This document shows positions 1 to 10,794 of a stretch of DNA of 64,000 bases, one piece after another. The stretch spans positions 2,108,001-2,172,000 of the forward strand of contig CM030337.1 of the NCBI GenBank assembly GCA_017654855.1, read 5' to 3'. The notes under the pieces were generated by a model. It was not told the DNA's origin and did no database searches. It saw nothing but the letters and a program-made list of their open reading frames with translations. The stretch comes from Podospora anserina (lineage: Eukaryota). A program made the translations under genes and the position numbers. Position 1 is the first letter of the stretch. Every line of letters starts with the position of its first letter.

Positions 1-1185
1 TACCCGGGACATGGACGCCCCGGACGCACGATGCTGGCGGATATACTCTCTCATGGGAACCATGGCGGCGTCGCGGCACGCTTCCTTGAGATCGCTTCCA
101 GACATGCCCGCCGTGACCTTGGCAATATATTCAACATCAAAGTCCGGATCACGCTTGGTATTCCCGAGGATCAATTCGAGAATGCGACGACGCTGCTCAG
201 TTCCCGGAAGAGAAACAGGGAATTTCTTGGGCATTCTCCTGAGAATGGCCTCGTCGATGGCGTTTATCCTGTTGGTGGCACCGAGCACAACAATGCGTGC
301 AGGAACACCGGCGGCGTTGGACGAGGTGAGACCATCCCATAGCGTCATGAATCTGGGCAAGGTCAGGAATAAGACGATATCAAACGGCAACAGGGGCCAC
401 TTACTCAGCCTTGACCATGCCACTGGCTTCGTGCTCGCCATTGTGTCGTTGCCCCAGCACAGCGTCAATCTCATCGATGAAGATGATGGCGGGCTCAAGC
501 TTGCGCGCCAGAGAGAAGACGGCACGGACCAGCTTGTTGGAGTCGCCATACCATTTTTCCGTAAGTGTCGAGATGTGAAGGTTGATGAACGAGGCACCGC
601 TCTCGTGTGCCACAGCCTTTGCCAGCATCGTCTTGCCACAGCCTGGTGGGCCGTACAGCAGCACGCCAGATGGTGCAGCCAGGAGAGACCCACCATGCTG
701 GTACAAATGTGGCATCGTTAATGGGTAGATGATAGCCTCCTTCACTTCTTCAATGATTTCCTCCAATCCTCCAATGTCGTCAAAGCCAACCGGGATGTCC
801 TCTGGCGCGACGACCTCCAGTGCTACCTGGTTTTCGTACTCGTTCAGAATCAAGTCCTCAACGCTGGTCTTTTGTGATGCATCTGTGTTGGCTGCGTCAT
901 TTGCGCTGTTCTCGGCAATCTTCTTTCGTATCCTTTGCAGGTTCGCCTGTGCCCTTTTTCGTGTCGCTTCGTTCTTCTCGTGGTCTGGGTCGACTACCCG
1001 CGCAAAGTAGGGGGCGACGACATCTTTGAGTAGCAGGTACGCGGTTAGGGCCTGGGGGACGGAGTCAGCAAACACAAGATCACATATGCGCACGTAGGGG
1101 ACAGCATAGTCCGTACACCAGCTGCAAGGAGCATGCCCGAGGTCAAGCCCGCCCCCAGATCTCTTAAGCGCTTGTTGTCGCTCAT
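1..1185 (-). CDS. MSP1: Msp1/ATAD1-type membrane-anchored AAA+ ATPase (3' end runs off window); exons 1117-1185, 405-1051, <1-352
   Basis: Walker A GPPGCGKT, Walker B IIFIDEID, pore loop KWYG, SRH GATNR after splicing; N-terminal hydrophobic anchor; two GT-AG introns restore the frame (KAE/FMTLWDGL). Confidence 0.93.
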
Positions 1186-1817
1186 GCTGTCAGCGCAGCG
1201 GTGCGAGATGTCGCACAGCTGCTAGGTGTCGGTTCAACCAGAAGTGGGGTTTGAGGATTCCTGGCAGGTCAGACAAGGTGATAGCAATGGGTTTACAGGG
1301 TCGTTTATATAGGAGTGCCAATGGGTGATGTGTCGTGGCGAGGGGGAGTTGAATGCACCGAGGAGCAATGGCAGGTGTGCCGACAGCCAGCCCGCCAGCG
1401 GCATGACCCGACCGACGACCATGTGCAAGCGCCACTCAGTGGCTGAAAGACCAGGGGGTTTGTGCGACACTGAGTGGGCCTGGGCCACGTAGCTGGGTGC
1501 TCTAACCGTATCTGTAGTAGTTGCTACCAAGCGGTGGCCCATGCACAATGCCCCTCCTGCGCCAAAGTAAACAAACTGCAAGGGCAACGCGAGCTGAGAG
1601 AGCCGCAAACCTTCCCCCTAACGCGTCGCTACTCAGGGCACTGCGCATCGCCACACTTTTTTTTTTTTTTTTTTTGTTGCGACTGCTGCTTGTAATTATT
1701 GCGTAAGGCTCAGGTGAAAACGGACGCACGGGACTCTTTGTGTCTCGAGCTATTCAACTTTTGGCATTTTTGTTTGAATCCATAAACGTCAAGGAATCCC
1801 AGGCAGGGGTTTGCTCG

Positions 1818-3341
1818 ATGCTAAGAACGAAGATCCGCTCTCAGCTGCTGGAGCTGGTGGATTCGGATTCAGAAGACGGACTGGGTGGAATCGCGCGCAC
1901 ATCATCATCATCATCATCATCAACCTCAACTGCCGCTGCCAACATTGGAAGACCGCGCAAACTAAACTCCAAGAAAACAACCACATCCGCCATCATGCCG
2001 CCAAAGAAGAGAGGAGCTGCCGCAAAGGCAACCGCCGCGTCAAAAGTCACCAAGCCAGAACCAAAGAACACCGCCACGACGCGTCGCGCTGCCGGGAGAG
2101 TCGCGGCAGCAGTAGAGAAGGAAGTCCTAGGAGATGCGCCAGCTGAGAACGCGCCGGCCGAGAAGCCAGCAGGAAGAGGAAGAGGGAGACGCGCCGTTGC
2201 GGCTACTACACCAGTCGAGGAAGAAGAAGACACAGAAATGGCCGACACCACCACCACGTCAGAAACCACCAAAACCACCCGCGGCCGTCCCAAGAAGACT
2301 GTCGCAGGTAGGAAAACCTCCGCCTCCTCCTCCCCAGACGAAACGGTCGAAATCCCAGAAACTCAACCCTCCGCCCTCGAGCCCGGAACGCCCATTTCCG
2401 ACGACACAGCAGCCCCCACCATCGCACCTCCCCAACCGCGCTCCTTTTCCGTCAGCCCCCAGAAGAAACGCCCATCCGTCACCACAACCACCTCCTCTTC
2501 CGAAGCAGACCTCCGCCGCCGCCTAGGCGACCTAACCAAATCCCACTCGGCCCTCGAATCCAAATACAACGCCCTCCGCGACACCACCGTCCCCCAAGCC
2601 GAAAAAACCTTTGACTCGTACCGGAAAACATCCGAGTCCAAATCCAAGCTCGCGGACCAGCTGATTGCCTCTTTAAAAGCCGAGCTTTCCACCGCTAAAC
2701 AATCCAGCGCTGTCATCCCCTCCCTCCAATCAGACCTGTCAACCGCCCAGGCTCAAATCGCGAAATTTGAGGCTCAGGTTGCGGAGCTGAACAAGACGAT
2801 TGCGGAGCAAAAGACGGAGATCAAGGCGCTGAATATGAAGTTGGCTGCTGCGAGGAATGCGGAAGCGGCGGCGAATAGCAGGAGTGTGACGGCGCAGGTG
2901 CCGGGGAGTGCGATGAAAAAGACGTTGGGGGTTGGTGGGGTGAGGGGGACGGGGATACAGGTGCAGGAGGCTACTTTGGCCGCGCAGAGGAAGGAGGATC
3001 TGTATGCGGATTTGACGGGGTTGATCGTCAGGGGGGTGAATGTGGGGGGGGAGGGGGTCGAGTTTGATTGTTTGCAGACTGGGAGGAATGGGAGTAAGTT
3101 TTCCTGTGACGGCGGAGAGAAAACGGTGGCTAATATGATGGCAGCATTACATTTTAAACTCACAATGTCGTCTGGGGATGGGGATGAGTCGCAGTGCGAG
3201 TATAACCCCATGTTGGATACCAATAGGGACAGGGCGCTGATTGATGTGCTGCCGGAGTTTTTGGTGGATGAGATTGCTTTTCCTAGGGCGCAGGCGGGGA
3301 AGTTTTATCAGAGGATCATGAGGGCTTTGAATGAGTCTTGA
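1818..3341 (+). CDS. CSM1: Monopolin subunit Csm1/Pcs1-like protein (disordered N-terminus, coiled coil, C-terminal RWD-like domain); intron 3094-3144
   Basis: KEDLYADLTGLIVR and, after splicing, FDCLQTGRNGTLHFKL...LPEFLVDEIAFP match the Csm1/Pcs1 C-terminal pattern. Start codon uncertain (1818 or a downstream ATG). Confidence 0.8.
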   Translation: MLRTKIRSQLLELVDSDSEDGLGGIARTSSSSSSSTSTAAANIGRPRKLNSKKTTTSAIMPPKKRGAAAKATAASKVTKPEPKNTATTRRAAGRVAAAVEKEVLGDAPAENAPAEKPAGRGRGRRAVAATTPVEEEEDTEMADTTTTSETTKTTRGRPKKTVAGRKTSASSSPDETVEIPETQPSALEPGTPISDDTAAPTIAPPQPRSFSVSPQKKRPSVTTTTSSSEADLRRRLGDLTKSHSALESKYNALRDTTVPQAEKTFDSYRKTSESKSKLADQLIASLKAELSTAKQSSAVIPSLQSDLSTAQAQIAKFEAQVAELNKTIAEQKTEIKALNMKLAAARNAEAAANSRSVTAQVPGSAMKKTLGVGGVRGTGIQVQEATLAAQRKEDLYADLTGLIVRGVNVGGEGVEFDCLQTGRNGSKFSCDGGEKTVANMMAALHFKLTMSSGDGDESQCEYNPMLDTNRDRALIDVLPEFLVDEIAFPRAQAGKFYQRIMRALNES

Positions 3342-4271
3342 TGTGTATATACCGTAGACTGTAGGATAACCTTGGACAGGACATGGGTGCTTGTGGGATT
3401 ATCATCATTTGGTGGGTTTTCTATCCTGTAACTTGTTGACATTATTCACGGCATGGTGGGAGAGCATGGTTTGCTTTTTTCGGAGTGGTGGGTAGGATAT
3501 TGGCGGTTGGAGTTTGGGCGCGTTTTTCCTCAATCGAGAAGTCATCACTTGAAACAGTACTCGCACGTCTCCAGTCACCATCAGTGTGTGCGGTGAGAGG
3601 CATGCGTTTTAGGTCGGATGGTCAAGTGTTAGAAGACGGCTGGGCTCGACAACAAGCTTGTCATCTAAGTGACAGACAATGTTTCTGTTTCATCTCGTGT
3701 TGATCATATGTTGAGCTCAGAAATTCGGATCCAGGAGCAGCCGCAGAGGACGTTCACTCCCACCCCCCTCCCCCTCGGGTTTTCGTAACCGGCCACCCAG
3801 CCCGGGGGTTGGCCGGTGAGCTTTTTGCTGTTTTTCGACTTTTTTTCTTGTTCCATACGTCAAGGGTGATATAATAAATTATTGTTTTGACAGGCAGGTC
3901 TGTTTTCTTTCTTTCCCATCTAACAAGATGGATCATTATCTAGCAGCAAGGCTTTCCCAAACCACAACAAGTAAGGTCGTGCCCCTTCTACCGCTCCAGC
4001 AAACCTCTGTCCTGATGGAGGTTTCGATTTAGAGCAAACATAACATCGTTTCACTTGACGTTATCGACGGTGGAAAAAGTAAATATACCCATCCCTTTCA
4101 TGTGACCAAGGCCATCAGAGATACTAGATACAGAAAGACATGTATAACATTCCCCCCTTCCCCCCCCAAACCTGTTCATTCACATAGGTATTCATACATC
4201 CCATCCCAAACCCATCCCTCTATCCCCCCCTCCAATTAAGAAAACCCAACCCATCATCCCACCCCCCATCC

Positions 4272-6316
4272 CTACTCGTTCAAAACCGAATACCTACTCC
4301 TCATGGCAGCCACATGCCCCCCCTTCACCTCCCCATTCCCCTTCTTTTTCTTAATCTCCAAAGGAGGAGGCGTAACCCCCGCCCTCCCCTCCTCCGCCTC
4401 CCGCCCGCTAACATGCCTCATCCTCACCCCCACCCCCACCGGCCCACCATCAAAATCATTCCCACTGCTCACCTGCCTCATATTATTCCTCGTCTCCTCC
4501 TCCTCCACAACCTCACCAAGCCCCAAACTCCCCACGATAACCGGCGGCGTCCTCGCCCTCAAATCCCCATACGGCTTGGAATAAAAACTCGAATCCGCCT
4601 GGATGGAACTCTGTCTATTCAGCTGTTTCCGAGCAGGCGTCTTCATCTCTGTTATGTCGCCAGACACGCGGCGGTCATTGGGGCTGACCTCCCCCAGGAT
4701 TGAATCCCTCAGCCTTGAAAAGGGGGTGGAATGCCTCTTTGGTGGCGGGGACGGGGAGCGTGGGGGGTGGGAACCAAGCGGGTTGGGATGGGCCGGTGAG
4801 GGTCCGAGATTAGTCCTGTAGTTGAAATCATTTTCATCATTGTCCGAAGACTCGGAGTCGGGGTCGAGGGTTTGGTACTGCGGGTTTCGCTGCGCGGTGC
4901 GGCTGACCAGGCTGGGGGTTGTGTACCATGCCTCTGTGAACCTCGCTGTCCTCGGCTGCTGGACTTGCGACGGGGAAACCGGGGTGGGGTGGTGGGATTT
5001 AACAGCCGAAGTCTGAGGGTGGTCGTCATCGTCGTCGGAAAAGGTGGTTGGGGGGTTGAACATTGACCTTGGCCGGGGGGCGCCGAGATCCGTCTCTCCG
5101 AGTGGGAGCTCGGTGTAGGAAGCGCGGGATTTGGTTGGGGAAGATTGCCCGCTGGAATGGGCGGGAACAGGAGGAGGGGCGGACATGCGCTGAAAGTCCT
5201 GGGCTGTGCCGGAGGAGCGGTTGGAGTGGGGGATTTGGTATTGTCTCGACGGGAGGCCCTTCCTTGAGTCCTGGGAGTCATACGAGCTTTGACGGGTGTG
5301 CATGAAAGGAACGGAAGGGGGGCGGGAGGTTTCCGGGTCGTAGGCTGGGATGCTGTCACGGATGCGGTCCGAGAGGGTGCTGACGCGCTTTTCAGAGTCC
5401 GAGTAGCTGGTGGTGGTGGTGGTGGTAACGATGGAGGACTTGTTGCGCTTGTGGGCGCGGGAGGTGAAGCGGTTCTCGAGGGGATTCATGTCTGGGGGCA
5501 TCATGGAGATGCGGCGGAACACGACGCCGAGCCAGAGGGAGATGGCGAGGGAGACGAGATGCAGCCCAGCAGCGCCCATGAGACCGTAGTAGAGGGAGGG
5601 GACAAAGTACTTCTGGACAAGATCTTGGTTGGTGAGAAGAGTGGACCACTTGTCAGCCTGGTTGCGGCATGAAAAGATGCCGTAGGTGTAGAGCGGGAGG
5701 ACAGCAAGGTCGGAGATACCGCCAAAGACTTGGTAGGCTGCTGATGAGCCGGGGGTCTTGCCGGATGCTGGCTTGGAGTGGTGGTAGATGGAGTAGATGC
5801 AGTGGATGATCACGACACCAAACTAGCAGAGTGTTAGACCATGTGACTGAGAGTCGATATTCCACACGCAAGGACTCACGGTGACGCGCATAACCCATCC
5901 TGTTAGTTCCTCAAACCCCTTCAAGAGAATGCACAGAGTCAGAAAACCAAGGGCGGCAATCAACTCGAGCACACGCAAACACAGCTGCACAGCTCTCATC
6001 CCCTTGATCCAGCTCTTGGTCGAGGCACCCAGGGTCCTAAAGTTGGTCCGGCCTGTCGGGACGACATGGGCACTATGGTCAATGTTAGTACCTGGTTCCT
6101 GCATAAGACTGGAATGCAGAAATGCAGAAAAAGGTGTGGAGTTGCATACTCTGGATGGCGGTTGATCGAGACAAGCGGGCCGTTCGGCTTCGGCTTCGGC
6201 TTTTTCTTCTCATAACTCGCCCGAGTGACGGCCTTGGGGTCAAACACGGGAACAGGGAAGCGTTCGTCGTCCTTCAAGACTGGCTCGTACATGTACGGTT
6301 GGTTGGAGCCCCCCAT
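4272..6316 (-). CDS. Membrane protein with about four TM segments and a long disordered C-terminal tail, resembling Neurospora HAM-8 (hyphal fusion); exons 6150-6316, 5880-6072, 4272-5822
   Basis: Spliced ORF MGGSNQPYMYE...FDPKAVTRAS...NRHPD, hydrophobic segments, FRRISMMPPDMNPLE motif after the last TM, S/P/R-rich tail. Gene model is solid; the ham-8 identity is recalled similarity only. Confidence 0.7.
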
Positions 6317-7036
6317 GTTTGCGACCGGCGCCTTACAACGCTGTGGTTCTCTGGAGGTGGTGATAATTGGAGGAGTGCGGTATGCAAAAAAACACACAAG
6401 AGAGGGCCCCGCGGGATCAAAAAGGACGTCAATGCCGGAGCTGTTCAGCTTGTGGTGCAGTTGATCCTCTTTTGACAAGCGTTGACGGGGCAACCATGCA
6501 AGCGCTGTCAGCTCTGCCCTGTTCGAGCTGTGCCAGCCATCCCGAGACGGGAAGGGGGAGCAAACGCCGCGGGACTTGACTGGATGAAACATGGTTGTAT
6601 TTTGTTCCGAGTGTCACACCGCCTCGGTCGTCGCACTCATAATTATCGCCATGATCTGTGGTCTGTCAGCCATGCCTTGACGTTGTTTTTGAAGTGATGC
6701 TCGGGCGGGGCTGTGATCACTGATGCCCTTGTTTCGGGGTGGGGTTTTTGCGATCCAAGCTCCAAGCTTCCCTTGTCGGCTGCGACATCACTGGGCTGAC
6801 CCCGCTATCTCCGGCCATGCCCCCACTAAAACATCCGAACTGTAGGGCCGACAACGCCGTTAGCAGCGCCGGAGCCGGGCCCCGAACCCTGAATTTTGCA
6901 CTGTGACTCGGTCCGTGAGCCGCATTAATTATTACATGTGGCTGGTGGCTGCAGTCTTCTTCTTTGTGCGTGAACCTCTCTACTCTAAACTGATATCAGC
7001 TCACCACCAGTGGGCTCGGCACCCGCTCTATTCCTC

Positions 7037-8788
7037 ATGGCCACCATCGCCCAGGCAAGGCCGAGGGCTTTTCAACAATGGACTCGACAACTCGCCTTGG
7101 CATACACAAACCAGGTCCGGAGGGCCTCCACCACCGTTGAGCCGTTCCGGCTAGCAATCATCGGCTCCGGTCCGGCTGGTTTCTACACGGCGTACCGTTT
7201 CATGAAGAACAATGAACACGCCAAGGTGGACATGTATGAGTCCTTGCCGGTTCCTTATGGGCTTGTGAGATTTGGCGTTGCTCCAGACCATGCTGAAGTG
7301 AAAGTAGGTATACATGATGCTGTCGCCCTTGTAAAAGCAAAAGCATAATCACTGACAAGTTGCCAGAACTGTCGAGAGAAATTTGAAGAGGTAGCCGCTT
7401 CCCCTGACTTCACTTTCATCGGCAATGTCACCGTCGGTGCTTCTAGTGACCACCCAGACGGCGCCACCGTCCCCCTATCCAGCATTCTCCGCCACTACCA
7501 CGCCGTAGTCTTTTCCTATGGCTCCTCCGAAGACAGGAAGCTCGGCATTCCAGGGGAAGAACTCAAAGGAGTCTTTTCAGCCCGTGAGTTTGTCGGGTGG
7601 TACAACGGCCTCCCAGAATATGCCGACCTCAACCCAGACCTTAGCCTAGGGGCGCATGGTGACACCCTCATCATCGGCAACGGCAACGTAGCCATGGACG
7701 TTGCCCGTATTCTCCTCAAATCCCCAGAAGAACTCGCCAAAACAGACATCGCCGCCCACGCCCTTGACGCCCTCTCCAAAAGCAAAACCCACAACATCCG
7801 CATCATCGGTCGACGCGGGCCCATCCAAGCAGCCTTCACGACCAAAGAACTCCGCGCCCTCTACAAACTCCCGGGTGTCGAGGTCCGTCCTTATGAACTC
7901 GAACACCCCACAGCCTACGACGTCCTCCCCCCACCAATAAAGCGACGAACGGAGCTCCTCAGCAAGGGCTCTTCCCTCCCACCAAACCCGTCAAACCCCT
8001 ACCCCTCCGTCACCTTTGACTTCTGTCTCTCCCCTCTCGAATTCGACCACAAGCCTGAACAGCCCTCCTCCACCCCCCCAAACTGGGTCACCTCCGCCAC
8101 CTTTGGCAAAACCGTCCTCCAAAACCCACACCAGCACCACCCCTCCACCGACTACGAAACAAACAACCACAGGGAATACTACAACCAAAAAGCCACCGCC
8201 CGCCTCCCCCCCCAGCCCAAAACCGTCACCTTCAACACAAGGTACGTTTTCAAATCCATCGGGTACAAGTCCACACCCCTCCCCGAATTCTCTCCCCTGG
8301 GCATACCATTCAACACCGCCACCGGCGTGATACCAAACGACGGCATCGGCCGCGTCCTCACCAAACTCCACCGCCCGCATCAACTCCCCTCTTCTTCCCA
8401 CCCTGCTCACCATCAGCCACATATCGAGCTGCCGCATCACTTCAAGGGGCTGTACTGTTCCGGCTGGGTGAAACGTGGTCCTCAGGGGGTGATTGCCGAG
8501 ACGATGATGGATGCTTTCACCACGGCGGATGCCATCACCGAGGATTTGACCAAAATGGAAAAGTTTCTGCCGGAGGGGGAGTGGGGGCAGGATGGGAAGG
8601 GGTGGGAGGCTGTCAAGGCGGAGGCTTTGAAGGGGAATAGCAATGCGAGGGTGGTTAGCTGGGAGGATTGGAAGGCGATTGACAGGGCCGAGATTGAGAG
8701 GGGGCAGAAGGCCGGGACGGGGAAGGAGAGAGAGAAGTTTGTGAGGAGGGAGGATATGTTGGCTGTTTTGGGGGATGGGGCGAGGTGA
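7037..8788 (+). CDS. ARH1: Mitochondrial NADPH:adrenodoxin (ferredoxin) reductase; intron 7304-7366
   Basis: R-rich presequence, GSGPAG FAD motif, PYGLVRFGVAPDH, IIGNGNVAMDVAR NADPH motif, GWVKRGPQGVI. Confidence 0.94.
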
Positions 8789-8964
8789 GCGTGAATGGTG
8801 TTTGCACGATGCGTAGCAAAGACATGTAAGGACCAAGCAGTAGGAGCCATGTTTGTATCAAAAAACAGATCAGATTCATCCAAAAAAAAGGTCGCTGTGG
8901 CCGGCCGGCTCACGGCTGGATATTTGTACATCTAACTAGTACATCTAACAAGAAATCAAATCCT

Positions 8965-10017
8965 CTACGCCCTCAGCTTCTCCGTCAACTCAGGCACCTT
9001 CTCGAACAAATCCCCCACCAACCCAACATCCGCCACCTGAAAAATTGGCGCATCACCATCCTTGTTAATCGCCGCAATCACCTTGCTATCCTTCATGCCA
9101 GCCAAATGCTGAATAGCCCCCGAAATCCCCACCGCCAAATACAACTGCGGCGCCACCACCTTGCCAGTCTGTCCCACCTGCAGACTGTTGTCCGCGTACC
9201 CGCTATCCACCGCCGCACGGGAAGCACCGACCGCCGCTCCCAGCGTATCCGCCAACGGGAGCATAATCCTGTCAAACTCCTCCTTCGACTTCAACCCCCT
9301 CCCCCCACTGACAACCTTGGGCGCGGTCGCAAGGTCAGGCCTGTCTGACTTGGCGAGATCCTCCCCAACCCACTCGGTAGCGCTCTCAACCTTGGGGTCA
9401 ACCCCCTCCTCCACTGCCGCTGTCCCATCAGCCGGCTCTGCAGCGGGGAATGCAGTCCCACGGATGGTGATAATCCTCACCTCGTCCGAGCTCTCAACGG
9501 TAGCAATCGCGTTTCCGGCGTAAATCGGCCGGACAAAAGTCTTGTCGTTTTCAATGGCGGTGATGTCCGAGATTTGCTGGACGTCCAGGAGGGCGGCTAC
9601 GCGGGGGAGGAGGTTCTTGCCGAATGCGGTGTGCCCGGCGATGACGTGGGTGTAACCCCCCTTTTTGATGTTTTCCACCAGCAAGGGAGCGTAGTTCTCC
9701 GGGAGGCCCTTGTCGTAGGCGGCGTTGTCGACGGCGATGATTTTTTCTACGCCGGGGACTTTGGCGGCTTGTTCGGCGACGGGCTTGATGGAGCTGCCGG
9801 CGAGGAAGGCGTGGATAGTGCCGCCGAGTTTTTGGGCGGCGGTGATGGCGGAGAGGGAGCCTGTGTTGAGCTTGCCGTCGCGTTGTTCGAGGACGGCGAG
9901 GGCGGAGAGAAGGCGGTGGAGGGCGGCGGGAGTAGAGCGGAGGGGAGAGAGGGTTGCGGATTGGAGGCTTGGACGGGTGAGGGCCGAGAAGGCTCGGCGG
10001 GTGGTGGTGGAGAGCAT
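8965..10017 (-). CDS. ETFA: Electron transfer flavoprotein alpha subunit, mitochondrial; intronless
   Basis: Presequence MLSTTTRRAFSALTR; VVSGGRG, GASRAAVD, QVGQTGK, GISGAIQHLAGM signature motifs. Confidence 0.96.
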   Translation of the reverse strand: MLSTTTRRAFSALTRPSLQSATLSPLRSTPAALHRLLSALAVLEQRDGKLNTGSLSAITAAQKLGGTIHAFLAGSSIKPVAEQAAKVPGVEKIIAVDNAAYDKGLPENYAPLLVENIKKGGYTHVIAGHTAFGKNLLPRVAALLDVQQISDITAIENDKTFVRPIYAGNAIATVESSDEVRIITIRGTAFPAAEPADGTAAVEEGVDPKVESATEWVGEDLAKSDRPDLATAPKVVSGGRGLKSKEEFDRIMLPLADTLGAAVGASRAAVDSGYADNSLQVGQTGKVVAPQLYLAVGISGAIQHLAGMKDSKVIAAINKDGDAPIFQVADVGLVGDLFEKVPELTEKLRA

Positions 10018-10794
10018 CGTGATAGCAGAACTGGGGATCTGTTGAAGTGGTGCAAACTCGGAGGCCGGCTGCCGAAGAAGGGGGAGAGGTTCAATCGGTG
10101 AAAATCCGGAGCCGAGTCGTGGCCGGAGTTGGGAATGCCCAAGGGGGAGCAGCAGATGCAGACAGATGCGCAGAATCAATCACACAACTGTCGATGACGG
10201 GTTGCGGCGGCCCGAGGTTAGCTTCTGATTGACGACCTTGCGATTGAGCGCATGGGGGGGGAAGACCGTGGGACCGTGGGACCGTAGTAAAAGTGGGGCA
10301 TTTTCCCAGAACCGGAGGGGTTGCTTAGCATTGTGGCTTGTAGCATCTGACACTTATGGCTGGTGCGTGCTTTGGACAATATGAGTGGCTGGTGGGCTGT
10401 GTCCCACGTGACACGGGCGTTGCTTGGTGGTGGGTGCAGTGCTTGGCAGTTGCAGCAGGCTGAGCTGAGAACTGGCAAAAGCGGGCTCCTTCCCTCACCG
10501 TGGTCTGGCGCGCGAACAACATTTTCTCCAACGCGACTGACGGATCACGAACTCCCCGAAGCTGCGACCCCCATCGCGACCGCAAACATCTTGGATTTTT
10601 GACAGCCCACTTCGAATCAAGATCCCACCGGTTGCACTTAGCATTTGGATCATCCACTTCTTGCCAGCTGCCTTTTGCTTGCATTGGGCTGCGCTCCTTG
10701 GCCTGCAGACTCAACATCGTCGCCCTTTTTTTATTGATTTCATTAGCCCCGTCTTGGTTTTGCGTCTATCATCGCCACTGTCGCCGCCGTCACA

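Noticed and set aside
11-721. 236-aa + strand ORF and many similar long antisense ORFs (e.g. 14821-16200, 42296-43318, 60478-61917)
   Set aside because: Shadows of real genes on the opposite strand caused by codon bias; no recognisable motifs.
3788-3817. 8-bp stem hairpin ACCGGCCA/TGGCCGGT between CSM1 and the ham-8-like gene
   Set aside because: A single short GC-rich stem, within chance expectation.
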